Assembly: GCA_965207885.1 (NCBI GenBank)
Contig: OZ242311.1
Location: forward strand, 4,640,001-4,704,000
DNA length: 64,000 nt
Source: Candidatus Latescibacterota bacterium
GTDB lineage: Bacteria; Latescibacterota; UBA2968
Direction: 5' to 3'
In this document: one piece after another, positions 28,427-37,624 of the stretch
How positions within the stretch are numbered: the first letter of the stretch is position 1
How the letters are laid out: each line of letters begins with the position of its first letter
The notes under the pieces: generated by a model
What the model was told of the DNA's origin: nothing
The model's input: only the letters and a program-made list of their open reading frames with translations
Databases searched by the model: none
Position numbers and translations under genes: made by a program

Positions 28427-29842
28427 TTACGTATGCGATAGATACGCTCGGAGGTGTTTGAGGGCGCGGCCATTATCTATTGCTTCTCGCGCCTGTTGAA
28501 TTGCATCTTGGGGATCGGCGGTGAAACCGAGCAGATAATCTGTGAGGGCTGCATTGAGTACAATGCGGTCGTAAACAGGCCCTTTTTCGCCAGAGAGGGC
28601 TGCAAGACCGAGTTCGGCAAAGGTCTGCGCATCGACGGTGTTGGGACGTGGATTTTGTGTGTAGTGAAAGCCGTAAGTGGTGGGATTGATGTCGCAAGCA
28701 TAAGTTTGATCGACGCGAAAGCCCTGTGAAAAATTGATGGCGTTGCGCGTTTTATCGGTGGGTTTTCCCAGGCGAAGGGAAAAGTGGCTGGTGCCTTCTT
28801 CTCCCTTGATTGCGACTGCAGATGTAAATCCGGTCTCGCGTGCGATTTTCAGAAGGGGGATTTCGTATCCCGAATGGTAATAACCGATGACGATGTGATT
28901 GCTTCCAGAACAGGTGAAGATTTGCTGCGCTTTTTCTGTGGCAGACCACGGGGGGCGTTTGCCAATGTGGGCGCGAAGGTCGCGGGCTGCATAGGCCGCT
29001 GGCGCATATTCGCGCTGGCTGATGTAGGCAAAGCCAATCTCGGGATTTTCGAGTCGTTCTGCTGCTTCTGAAAGCGACAGATTGGTGCGGGCATTGAGGG
29101 CGTTGAGGATCTGTTCGTCGGTTACACCCCATTTGGGCGGCATGGCATCTACACCGTGAAGCACGGTGGGGCGACCGAGGGCTGCGCGCAGTGCTGCGAC
29201 AAAAAGGGTGGGTTTGAAGTAGCGGGTTGAGCCATTGTAGGGTTGACCAAAGTGGGTGAGGTTATTCACCTTTACTGTGTGGGCGCATTCGGGCGCAAAG
29301 GTCGAGTGGAGGTATCCGCGCACCTCGTCGTAGGATTCGAGGTTCATGCGTTGGCCTATCAGTGCGGCACCTTTGAAGCTGGCGCGAATGCTTTCGGTGA
29401 GAATGGCTTCGCACATAAGGCGCGTTTGGTCGTAGGTGAGATGACCACCGGCGAGAATGGTTTTTAGAGAGGCAATGATGGTTTGCTCGTCGGGTGATTC
29501 TGCGGGACAGTGATCTTTAAGGCCGAAGATATATTGCAGATCCGGTGAGAGGTGGGTTTGTAGATGGGGGGTATATTGTTCAAAGGCGTTGATTTCTGCC
29601 TGGCTCCAGGTTGTTTTGGGCGGGTAACTGCGCCGCAGACGCATGGCGGCAAAGAAGGATCCCATCTGGATATCGGAGACCGGATGATGCGCTTTGTTTT
29701 GCAGGGTATTGATGATGGCATCCAGTACGGGCTGCGGCTGTGGATCGCTGGATTTGTTGCCCAAAGGACGAGATTGCGTGGGGCCTGTACACACACGCGC
29801 CTGGGCTTCGAGGACGAGGGGATTGGGATCAAATAGTGGCAT
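28427..29842 (-). CDS. Anthranilate phosphoribosyltransferase-like protein (TrpD2/YbiB-like)
   Basis: PYNGSTR, VLHGVDAMPPKWGVT, R..IGKRPP.AT.EK, KGEEG; TrpD-like C-terminus. Confidence 0.7.
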   Translation of the reverse strand: MPLFDPNPLVLEAQARVCTGPTQSRPLGNKSSDPQPQPVLDAIINTLQNKAHHPVSDIQMGSFFAAMRLRRSYPPKTTWSQAEINAFEQYTPHLQTHLSPDLQYIFGLKDHCPAESPDEQTIIASLKTILAGGHLTYDQTRLMCEAILTESIRASFKGAALIGQRMNLESYDEVRGYLHSTFAPECAHTVKVNNLTHFGQPYNGSTRYFKPTLFVAALRAALGRPTVLHGVDAMPPKWGVTDEQILNALNARTNLSLSEAAERLENPEIGFAYISQREYAPAAYAARDLRAHIGKRPPWSATEKAQQIFTCSGSNHIVIGYYHSGYEIPLLKIARETGFTSAVAIKGEEGTSHFSLRLGKPTDKTRNAINFSQGFRVDQTYACDINPTTYGFHYTQNPRPNTVDAQTFAELGLAALSGEKGPVYDRIVLNAALTDYLLGFTADPQDAIQQAREAIDNGRALKHLRAYLSHT

Positions 29843-30012
29843 AGGATGAAAAGTATTGTGAGGCTACAGTGTTGTCAAGCGATTGAAAAGGATAAAGTCA
29901 CAGAGGGTGTAAAAGTGCTATACATCACCCCAATTTGTTTGTATTATGTTTCCCATTAGTCGCGTTTGGTGTTTTACGAGAGAGTATAAATCAAAAGCTG
30001 AGGAATTTTCCA

Positions 30013-31563
30013 ATGTTTTTCAGGTGTTCTCGTTTCGCTTTTCTGATGGGCCTGTTTCTGGCCCGTGATGCATTTGCACAGGAAGCTTTGGCTGGCGAGT
30101 CGTCTGGCGCGATACAGATGGTTATTGACGTATTGAATGCAGGCTTGGGTGCGATAACCAATTTTCTATCTTCGATTATATTTTTTGATTTTGGCCTGGG
30201 TATTCCACTCGTTATTATTGTGCTCGTAGGTGGTGGCCTTTATTACTCTTTTTATTGTCGCTGGATCTCTCTGCGCGGAATGAAACATTCGATTGATGTG
30301 ATTCGCGGAGGGTATGATAATCCGGATCATCCCGGTGAGATTTCGCATTTTAAAGCTCTGACCAGTGCGTTGTCTGCCACTGTGGGGCAGGGGAATATCG
30401 CGGGTGTAGCGATTGCTGTGAGTGCCGGTGGTCCCGGTGCTGTTTTCTGGATGATTGTCACGGCTTTTTTTGGTATGGCGTCCAAGTTTGTATCCTGTAC
30501 TCTGGCGGTGATGTACAGAAGAATCCATCCCGATGGGCGCGTGTCGGGTGGGCCAATGTACTATCTGGAACAGGGCTTAAAAGAAAAAGGCCTTGGGATT
30601 TTGGGGCGCGTGATGGCTGTGTTTTTTGCCGTGTTGACAGTTGGCGGTTCTCTGGGCATTGGCAATATGTTTCAGGTGAATCAGACAGTTGAAATGCTCG
30701 GTACTGTATTCGAGGGATTTAAGACCTATAACTGGGTTGTCGGGATTTTAATGGCGGGGGTAGTGGGCATTGTCATTAGTGGAGGTATCAAGCGCATTGG
30801 CACTGTCACAGCGAGCATTGTACCCTTCATGTGTGGTTTGTACGTGCTCACATCCTTTCTCATTATTCTCGCGCGTATTACCGAATTGCCCAATCTGATT
30901 GTGAATATCATTTCCCAGGCGTTTATACCTGAAGCCATATATGGTGGCTTCATGGGATCCCTGGTTCAAGGGGTACGCAGGGCGGCTTTTTCCAACGAAG
31001 CGGGGTTGGGTTCTGCGGCATTTGCCCACGCGGCAGCCAAAACTGATGAACCCGTGCGTCAGGGGATAGTGGCGATGATTGGACCATTTATTGACACCGT
31101 TATTATATGTTTAATGACGGCATTGGTTTGTATGATTACGGGTGCGTATCAGTTGCCCGAATTTCAAGGGCAAAGTGGGTATCTCGTGGGAATCCAGATG
31201 ACATCTGTGGCATTTGATTCGTTTGCGCCCGGGTCGCGTTATGTCATCGCAATTGTGGCAATGTTCTTTGCATATACGACGGTGATCGCGTGGGCATATT
31301 ACGGCGAGCGAGCGTGGGAATATCTTTTTGGATTGCGATCTACTCTGACGTATCGAATTGTTTTTGTGTGCTTTGTATTTATCGGGTCTGTCACCGCGCT
31401 AAAGAGTGTGGTCGATTTTTCCGACGCGATGATTTTTGCAATGGCGTTTCCGAATATTGTCGGCTGTATTATCATGAGTCCACAGATCAAAGACAGGCTC
31501 AACGAATACTGGGGGCGTTACAAGGCGGGTGAGATAAAGGCGTATCCGAGGAACGTATATTGA
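30013..31563 (+). CDS. Alanine/glycine:cation symporter (AGCS family)
   Basis: GNIAGVAIA, GGPGAVFWM, GGPMYY, FSNEAGLGS, PFIDT. Confidence 0.93.
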   Translation: MFFRCSRFAFLMGLFLARDAFAQEALAGESSGAIQMVIDVLNAGLGAITNFLSSIIFFDFGLGIPLVIIVLVGGGLYYSFYCRWISLRGMKHSIDVIRGGYDNPDHPGEISHFKALTSALSATVGQGNIAGVAIAVSAGGPGAVFWMIVTAFFGMASKFVSCTLAVMYRRIHPDGRVSGGPMYYLEQGLKEKGLGILGRVMAVFFAVLTVGGSLGIGNMFQVNQTVEMLGTVFEGFKTYNWVVGILMAGVVGIVISGGIKRIGTVTASIVPFMCGLYVLTSFLIILARITELPNLIVNIISQAFIPEAIYGGFMGSLVQGVRRAAFSNEAGLGSAAFAHAAAKTDEPVRQGIVAMIGPFIDTVIICLMTALVCMITGAYQLPEFQGQSGYLVGIQMTSVAFDSFAPGSRYVIAIVAMFFAYTTVIAWAYYGERAWEYLFGLRSTLTYRIVFVCFVFIGSVTALKSVVDFSDAMIFAMAFPNIVGCIIMSPQIKDRLNEYWGRYKAGEIKAYPRNVY

Positions 31564-31570
31564 TAACTTT

Positions 31571-31604
31571 AAGACGGGTTGACCATCACAGGTGAACCCG
31601 TCTT
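31571..31604 (+). terminator. Hairpin/terminator after AGCS gene
   Basis: AAGACGGGTT...AACCCGTCTT inverted repeat. Confidence 0.6.
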
Positions 31605-31687
31605 GTGTGTACTAAAAAGGTGAAAGACGAGATAATATGTTACTTTACAACTTGTCGTGTACTATGAAATAAGAGTTAAAAAAAGAT

Positions 31688-31716
31688 TTGACTTTCGCAT
31701 AGACAAGTAATATTTT
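31688..31716 (+). promoter_or_regulatory. Putative sigma70 promoter of the partner-switching cluster
   Basis: TTGACT-17 nt-TATTTT. Confidence 0.45.
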
Positions 31717-31859
31717 AGCTGAGCTTCTCAATTCCCTGCAAGAATACATCTCGCTATGGGGCGCAATGGCTCTTGACCGAATTGAGTGCATTTGTTTTTT
31801 GCACGCGACGTGCGACAAGAGCTTCCGTAGATAATTTTCACACATCAGGATACAGGTCC

Positions 31860-32198
31860 ATGGAGATTAAAACCCAAAAAGAAAATGGCATTTTAATCGC
31901 GAACGTGAATGGCCGGGTTGATAGTGCCAATGCCCGCGAGTTCGAAAATGTATTAAGCTCTGCAATCAGTGACGACGATACATGCGTGGTCGTAGATTTT
32001 GGGGGGCTTTCTTACATTAGTAGCTCGGGCCTGCGGGTCATTTTGCTGGTTGCCAAGTCACTCCGGAATCGCAATGCGGAATTCGCGCTTTGCTCGCTTT
32101 CTGGTCCCATCGGAGAGGTCTTCAAAATCAGCGGATTTGACAAGATCATTTCGATCTACGACTCACAGGCAGAGGCTTGCGCTGCACTGGGCGGATAA
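31860..32198 (+). CDS. STAS-domain anti-sigma factor antagonist (RsbV/SpoIIAA-like)
   Basis: GRVDSANA, YISSSGLR (phosphorylated Ser motif), VFKISGF; start MEIKTQ at 31860. Confidence 0.9.
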   Translation: MEIKTQKENGILIANVNGRVDSANAREFENVLSSAISDDDTCVVVDFGGLSYISSSGLRVILLVAKSLRNRNAEFALCSLSGPIGEVFKISGFDKIISIYDSQAEACAALGG

Positions 32199-32664
32199 CC
32201 TGCTGTCGCGTGTGCTCTCAAGCCATAGATGAGAGTTTGGCGTGTTTTATTTAACATTATTACACGGACCGGACCCGCCATGCTTACTGTGTGCTTCCCT
32301 CAATCGGGTTACAGGCGTTCTCGAACTCATACGCCGATCCGATTTCCTGTGTATCTAGTCTATAGATCACTTTCCAGGGTATTTCTCATGCCCTGTATAT
32401 CCGCTTTCAAAACCTCCCGAATAACAGCCAACCTTCTGCAATTCAGTAACCGGTGTCGTGCAGTTTGTCATTACACAATGACCGACCTGGCATTTGTCCA
32501 TGTATTGTATTCTCCCCGTAGGTCCTCTCCCTTACAACGTAGCAGAGTAAGTAACAGGGACAGGCCCATGAAGCGAGGACTTTTGCTATCGCAATGATTG
32601 TGTTCCGATCAAAGAGTGCTTAACATCAGTATAAGTAAGACACCATTAATTAAGAGGCGCGTAT

Positions 32665-33834
32665 ATGAAAAAGGCGCAATACAAAATACTCGTGGTTGAT
32701 GATGAACCCGATCTCGAACATCTCGTGCGGCAGCGCATGCGGCGCGATGTTCGCGCCGGACTCTACGAATTCGTCTTTGCTTACAACGGCGTTGAGGCTC
32801 TCGAGGTGCTGAACGCGGATCCGGATATCGATATGGTGCTTTCGGACATTAATATGCCGCGGATGGATGGTCTCACGTTGCTCGAACAGATGTCGGAAGT
32901 TGATCCCGACCTCCGCGCTGTCATTGTCTCGGCTTATGGCGATATGAAAAACATCCGTACGGCCATGAATCGAGGGGCGTTTGACTTTGTTACCAAGCCC
33001 ATTGATTTTCAGGATTTGAGGGTCACAATTGAGCGCACTCTGGAACACCTGAAGCTTTGGCGCGAGGCTGTGGCTTCGCGGGATAAGCTGGTGGCACTGC
33101 AAAACGAGCTTCGCGTTGCCCATGATATGCAGCAGTCTATTCTGCCGAAGACCTTTCCCGACAAACCTGGCTACCAGCTATTTGGAAGCATGGAGCCTGC
33201 ACGCCAGGTGGGAGGTGACTTTTTTGATATTATCAATCTGGAAAACGACCGCATCGGCCTGGCAATTGCCGATGTCTCCGACAAGGGCGTACCGGCTGCT
33301 CTATTCATGATGTCCAGTCGCACGTTGATGAAAGGGGCTGCAATTGGCAAATCGAACCCGACCGATGTGCTGACCGAGGTCAATCATCTCCTGCAGGAAG
33401 ACAACGACGCAGCGATGTTTGTCACCGTGTTTTATGCCGAATACAATCCGGTGGATGGGTCGCTATCGTACGCCAATGGGGGGCACAATCCCCCGGTCAT
33501 CGTCCACGCAGATGGCAGCTCGACTGTGCTCCCCCAGACCAACGGAATTGCTCTGGGTATTTTGCCAGACATCGAATACGAACAAAACTCAGTCACTCTA
33601 TCGCCCGGCGATACCCTCGTGCTCTACACAGATGGCATTACCGAAGCCATGAATGCCCAGAATGAGGAGTTTGAGATGGAGCGTTTGCTTACAGTATTGT
33701 CCGGGGCGAGTTCGCAGGATGTCCGCGAAATGAATCAGGCGATCTTTCAAGCTGTGCAGGCATTTGCAGGTGATATGCCCCAGTTCGACGATATGACCTG
33801 TATGACACTTTTTTGCAGAGAGATAGGGACATGA
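32665..33834 (+). CDS. Receiver domain + PP2C/SpoIIE phosphatase (RsbU/RsbY-like)
   Basis: ILVVDDE, SDINMPRMDG, KPID; VGGDFFD, IADVSDKGVPAA, LYTDGITEA, DDMT. Confidence 0.93.
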   Translation: MKKAQYKILVVDDEPDLEHLVRQRMRRDVRAGLYEFVFAYNGVEALEVLNADPDIDMVLSDINMPRMDGLTLLEQMSEVDPDLRAVIVSAYGDMKNIRTAMNRGAFDFVTKPIDFQDLRVTIERTLEHLKLWREAVASRDKLVALQNELRVAHDMQQSILPKTFPDKPGYQLFGSMEPARQVGGDFFDIINLENDRIGLAIADVSDKGVPAALFMMSSRTLMKGAAIGKSNPTDVLTEVNHLLQEDNDAAMFVTVFYAEYNPVDGSLSYANGGHNPPVIVHADGSSTVLPQTNGIALGILPDIEYEQNSVTLSPGDTLVLYTDGITEAMNAQNEEFEMERLLTVLSGASSQDVREMNQAIFQAVQAFAGDMPQFDDMTCMTLFCREIGT

Positions 33835-34253
33835 AGGTGAAACGTTCTCTATGTATTGCGTCGGATCTCAGCGAGTTGGAGCGGCTTCACGATGCCGTGG
33901 CAGAACTCAGCGAGGCGGGAGATTGGCCCCCCGATCTCGTGTACCAGGTTGATCTCGTTCTCGAGGAATTGATCGTCAATACTGTGAACTACGGGTACGA
34001 CGACGATGCACGCCACGAGATTGAGGTCACGCTGACCTCGGATGAGGATGTTTTCACCGTTGAGATTATAGACGACGGGCATGCCTTCAATCCACTGAGT
34101 GACGCTCCCGAACCAGACCTGGACGCAGGGATAGAAGATCGGCCGATAGGGGGGCTTGGCATCCATCTGATGCGCGTTATGATGGACGATGTACACTATC
34201 GCCGCGAGGAGAATAAGAATCATCTTACTCTGGTTAAGCGGAGGAATGGATGA
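33831..34253 (+). CDS. Anti-sigma factor / serine kinase (RsbW-like, HATPase_c_2)
   Basis: EELIVN (N box), IDDG..FNP (G1), GGLGIHL (G2); ATGA overlap with upstream gene. Confidence 0.9.
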   Translation: MKVKRSLCIASDLSELERLHDAVAELSEAGDWPPDLVYQVDLVLEELIVNTVNYGYDDDARHEIEVTLTSDEDVFTVEIIDDGHAFNPLSDAPEPDLDAGIEDRPIGGLGIHLMRVMMDDVHYRREENKNHLTLVKRRNG

Positions 34254-35422
34254 GGAGAACGCGCTACAGTTGTGCAGTTTTGCTACTCGTCTTGCTGATT
34301 GTGGAAATCCGCGCAGAAGAATCTGGAATCTCTGATGAGCGCATCCTTTTTGGGCAGTCCGCCGCCTTTAGCGGTCCCGCTCAAGAACTGGGCAAGAACA
34401 TGCGGATTGGAATTGAGGCAGCTTTTCAGGAGGCTAATGCGCGGGGCGGCGTGCATGGTCGGCAGCTCATGTTATTGTCTCTCGATGACGCATACGAACC
34501 CGAAGCTGCTATCGCCAATACCCGTCGCCTGATTGAACAGGAAGGGGTTTTCGCGCTGATTGGTGCTGTCGGCACGCCTACATCGCTCTCTGCCACCCCT
34601 GTGGCCGCAGCCGCTGACGTCCCCTACATCGCCCCCTTTACCGGTGCTGCCTTCCTGCGTGAAGCCAGGTGGCAAAACGTGATTAACCTGCGGGCGTCTT
34701 ATAACCAGGAGACCGAGGCTATGGTCGCTCGCTTGACCACAGACCTGGGTATTAAACGCATTGCCGTTATGTACCAGGATGACTCTTTTGGTCGGGCGGG
34801 TTATCGCGGCGTGCGGCAGGCACTTGAGCGGCGTAGCATGGAACCTGTGGCAATAGGGGTGTACCCGCGCAATACCACGGCGGTGAAGACGGGTCTGCTC
34901 AACCTGCATAGTGCAAACCCCGATGCAGTCATCCTGATAGGGGCCTACCAGCCGGTAGCAACGCTGATTGCCTGGGCGCGACACATAGGGCTGGATCCCG
35001 TATTCATGACCATCTCCTTTGTGGGCAGCAATGCGTTGGCCGGGGAACTCGGTCGCAGTGGTGCTGGGGTCTTTGTCACGCAGGTCGTACCTTTTCCAAC
35101 AGATAACACTCTACCCGTTGGTATTGCCTATCGCCGTGCCCTAACGGCCCACGCCCCCGAAGCGACTCCCGGCTTTGTCTCCTACGAAGGCTATTTGGCG
35201 GGGCGATTGGCTATCGCCGCTCTCGAACGCTGTGGGGGAGAGGTTAACCGCACCCGGTTTCTCAACAGTTTGCGCGGTGCGGATGCTATTGATCTGGACG
35301 GCTTTGAACTTCGCTATGACGCAAATGACAATCAGGGTTCAGACGCTGTTTTTCTCACCGTGATTGGCACAGATGGCAGTTATCGCTCGATCCAAACTCT
35401 GCGGGACGCAATAAAGCCATGA
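34250..35422 (+). CDS. Periplasmic binding protein type 1 (LivJ-like) sensor/SBP
   Basis: Signal peptide, GQSAAFSGP, GGVHGRQL..LDDAYEP, VGTPT, RASY..E. Confidence 0.85.
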   Translation: MRRTRYSCAVLLLVLLIVEIRAEESGISDERILFGQSAAFSGPAQELGKNMRIGIEAAFQEANARGGVHGRQLMLLSLDDAYEPEAAIANTRRLIEQEGVFALIGAVGTPTSLSATPVAAAADVPYIAPFTGAAFLREARWQNVINLRASYNQETEAMVARLTTDLGIKRIAVMYQDDSFGRAGYRGVRQALERRSMEPVAIGVYPRNTTAVKTGLLNLHSANPDAVILIGAYQPVATLIAWARHIGLDPVFMTISFVGSNALAGELGRSGAGVFVTQVVPFPTDNTLPVGIAYRRALTAHAPEATPGFVSYEGYLAGRLAIAALERCGGEVNRTRFLNSLRGADAIDLDGFELRYDANDNQGSDAVFLTVIGTDGSYRSIQTLRDAIKP

Positions 35423-37581
35423 TTGACATAATAAAACACCTGCTTGAAGGCCGCTACCGAATCTCGACGCAACTCTATTTGGGTATTGGCGGTGCTGTTG
35501 TCCTCACTATGGGGGCGAGTCTGGTTGGCTGGTTTTCCTTCAACAGCGTGGGTGACGCGCAAAGTCGCGTGAATGAAGGCAGTGTGCCTGGAATGGCAGC
35601 CGCATTTGGAGTCGCTCAACAAAGCGGTGCCATTGTAGCCGCAGCCCCGCGTCTCATCGCTGCGGCAACGCCGGAGACATTTGATCAGGTTATTGCCGAG
35701 ATCGCCACAGAGCGAAACACTTTTGAAGCGCAGTTGGCGGCTCTGACGCAGCAAGGTGAAGAAGAGGAACGCTTCAGTCGCATTCGCGCCCAGGGTGGTA
35801 CTCTGATCTCAAATATCGAAGAAATTGAATGCTCCATGGCGGAGCTTTTTGTGCTGCAAGCGCGGAGTGAAGCCCTGCGTGCGGAACTCGCCGAATTGCG
35901 CAATGAACTGGTTGGCGTTCTGGTTCCGCTTATTGACGACCAGTTGTTCTATGCTATGACGGGGTATCGCAATCTCGACGAAGCACCCGCGTCGCCTGCA
36001 CAGCACTTATCAAAAAAAGAGTTCGACCACTATCGCCATCTGGCTGCATTACAAGCAGACGCCACCACAGCAATCCAGCTTCTGTCGAGTGCTTTCAATC
36101 TTTCAGATGCGCCCTTGATTGAGCCATTGCGGGAGCGATTTGAGGCTGCTAAAGATAGGATTGAATGGAGTTTGTCGGCACTCGGAATGGCCCGTGCGCG
36201 CAGTCAGATCGCTCCGATATGTGCCCGCCTGTACCAGTTGGGGCTGGGGGAAGAAGGGGGCTTCGACCTGCGTACACGAGAACTCGAACTCGCCGGTCAT
36301 CAGCGGGACCTGCTCGCACGCAATCAGTCTCTTGCCCTCGATCTGGTCGCCGAAGCCGAGGGGCTGGTAAATGCTGCCCGCATAAGTGCGAAGGAAGCTA
36401 CCCACGCTTCCACACTGGCCATCGGCACCGGGCGCAGTCTTCTGTTGGTTTTGAATGTGATCAGCATTACTGGCGCGTTGTTGATCGCCTATTTATTCGT
36501 GGGACGAATGCTATTGCCCCGTCTCGAGCGACTATCCGCACGGATGCGCGGCATGGCTGACGGCGACCTGGAGGGCAAGGTCGATATCGGCGGGAACGAC
36601 GAGGTGGCAGACATGGCCGCAGCCCTTGAAGTCTTTCGCCGCCATGCCCTGGAGGTGCAGCGCCTGAATCTGGTGGAAAAACTGGCAGAAGAGTTGCAAT
36701 CTAAGAACGAAGAACTCGAAAAAGTGCTGGACGACTTGCGTGTGGCGCAGGACCAGATCGTCATGCGCGAGAAATTGGCCTCGCTCGGCGAACTCACTGC
36801 AGGTGTAGCGCACGAGATCAAGAATCCGCTGAATTTTGTGAAGAACTTTTCAGAATCGTCGGAAGAGCTAATGGAGGAATTGGTGGAGGTACTGGACGAA
36901 AGTCCCGGAGCACTGAGCGAGGAGCAGCGCGAATTGGTTGACGAGATATGCCAGGACCTCACCGACAACATGGGGCGCATCCTCCAACACGGCAACCGCG
37001 CTGACCGCATTGTTCACGATATGCTCATGATGGGGCGCGGCTCTGGTGAGAGACAGTCCATTGAAATTAATAATCTGCTCGATGAACACGCCCGCCTTGC
37101 CTATCACAGCGCACGGGCAACTGACGCGGACTTCAACTTGACTATTGAGACGGATTTCGACCCGGATGTGGGACAAATTGAGGCTGTTCCGCAGGATCTG
37201 GGGCGCGTCTTCCTCAACATGGTAGGCAATGCCTGTTACGCTACCGACGAGAAAAGGCGTGCTATTGAAGCAGATGATGGCGGGACTTTTTTCCCGACCC
37301 TGTCGCTGAGCACCAGGCGCATGGATGATCGGATAGAGGTGAGCATACGGGATAACGGGAATGGGATTCCACCCGAGGTTGTCGATAAAATTTTTAATCC
37401 TTTTTTTACCACCAAACCGACAGACAAGGGCACGGGTCTTGGCCTTGCCCTTTCCAACGATATTGTGCGCGAACACGGGGGAAATATCCGGGTTGTATCC
37501 GAACCCGGGGAATTCACCGAGATGATAGTAGAATTGCCTTTGGTGCCGCCCGCGGTGACGACTGAAGAGGTGGCGAGATAG
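35419..37581 (+). CDS. Membrane sensor histidine kinase (periplasmic helical sensor, HAMP, HisKA, HATPase)
   Basis: Two TMs flanking a long helical region, HAMP (DEVADMA), AGVAHEIKNPLN, DNGNGI, FFTTKP..KGTGLGL. Confidence 0.93.
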   Translation: MIDIIKHLLEGRYRISTQLYLGIGGAVVLTMGASLVGWFSFNSVGDAQSRVNEGSVPGMAAAFGVAQQSGAIVAAAPRLIAAATPETFDQVIAEIATERNTFEAQLAALTQQGEEEERFSRIRAQGGTLISNIEEIECSMAELFVLQARSEALRAELAELRNELVGVLVPLIDDQLFYAMTGYRNLDEAPASPAQHLSKKEFDHYRHLAALQADATTAIQLLSSAFNLSDAPLIEPLRERFEAAKDRIEWSLSALGMARARSQIAPICARLYQLGLGEEGGFDLRTRELELAGHQRDLLARNQSLALDLVAEAEGLVNAARISAKEATHASTLAIGTGRSLLLVLNVISITGALLIAYLFVGRMLLPRLERLSARMRGMADGDLEGKVDIGGNDEVADMAAALEVFRRHALEVQRLNLVEKLAEELQSKNEELEKVLDDLRVAQDQIVMREKLASLGELTAGVAHEIKNPLNFVKNFSESSEELMEELVEVLDESPGALSEEQRELVDEICQDLTDNMGRILQHGNRADRIVHDMLMMGRGSGERQSIEINNLLDEHARLAYHSARATDADFNLTIETDFDPDVGQIEAVPQDLGRVFLNMVGNACYATDEKRRAIEADDGGTFFPTLSLSTRRMDDRIEVSIRDNGNGIPPEVVDKIFNPFFTTKPTDKGTGLGLALSNDIVREHGGNIRVVSEPGEFTEMIVELPLVPPAVTTEEVAR

Positions 37582-37624
37582 AAGGGCGTGGAGGCACTGT
37601 CTCATTACTATGGGAGGAGTAGCT

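Noticed and set aside
28427-29842. Call as trpD
   Set aside because: Lacks the GTGGD and KHGN PRPP-binding motifs and has no trp context; kept as TrpD2/YbiB-like
32229-32597. 122-aa ORF between STAS and REC-PP2C, and a GGGTAT SigB-like -10 within it
   Set aside because: No RBS or protein-like features; the SigB -35 GTTT is not matched (GTCT), so treated as intergenic
36868-37605. 245-aa minus-strand ORF and similar long antisense ORFs across the window
   Set aside because: Shadows of well-supported genes on the opposite strand with no independent motifs
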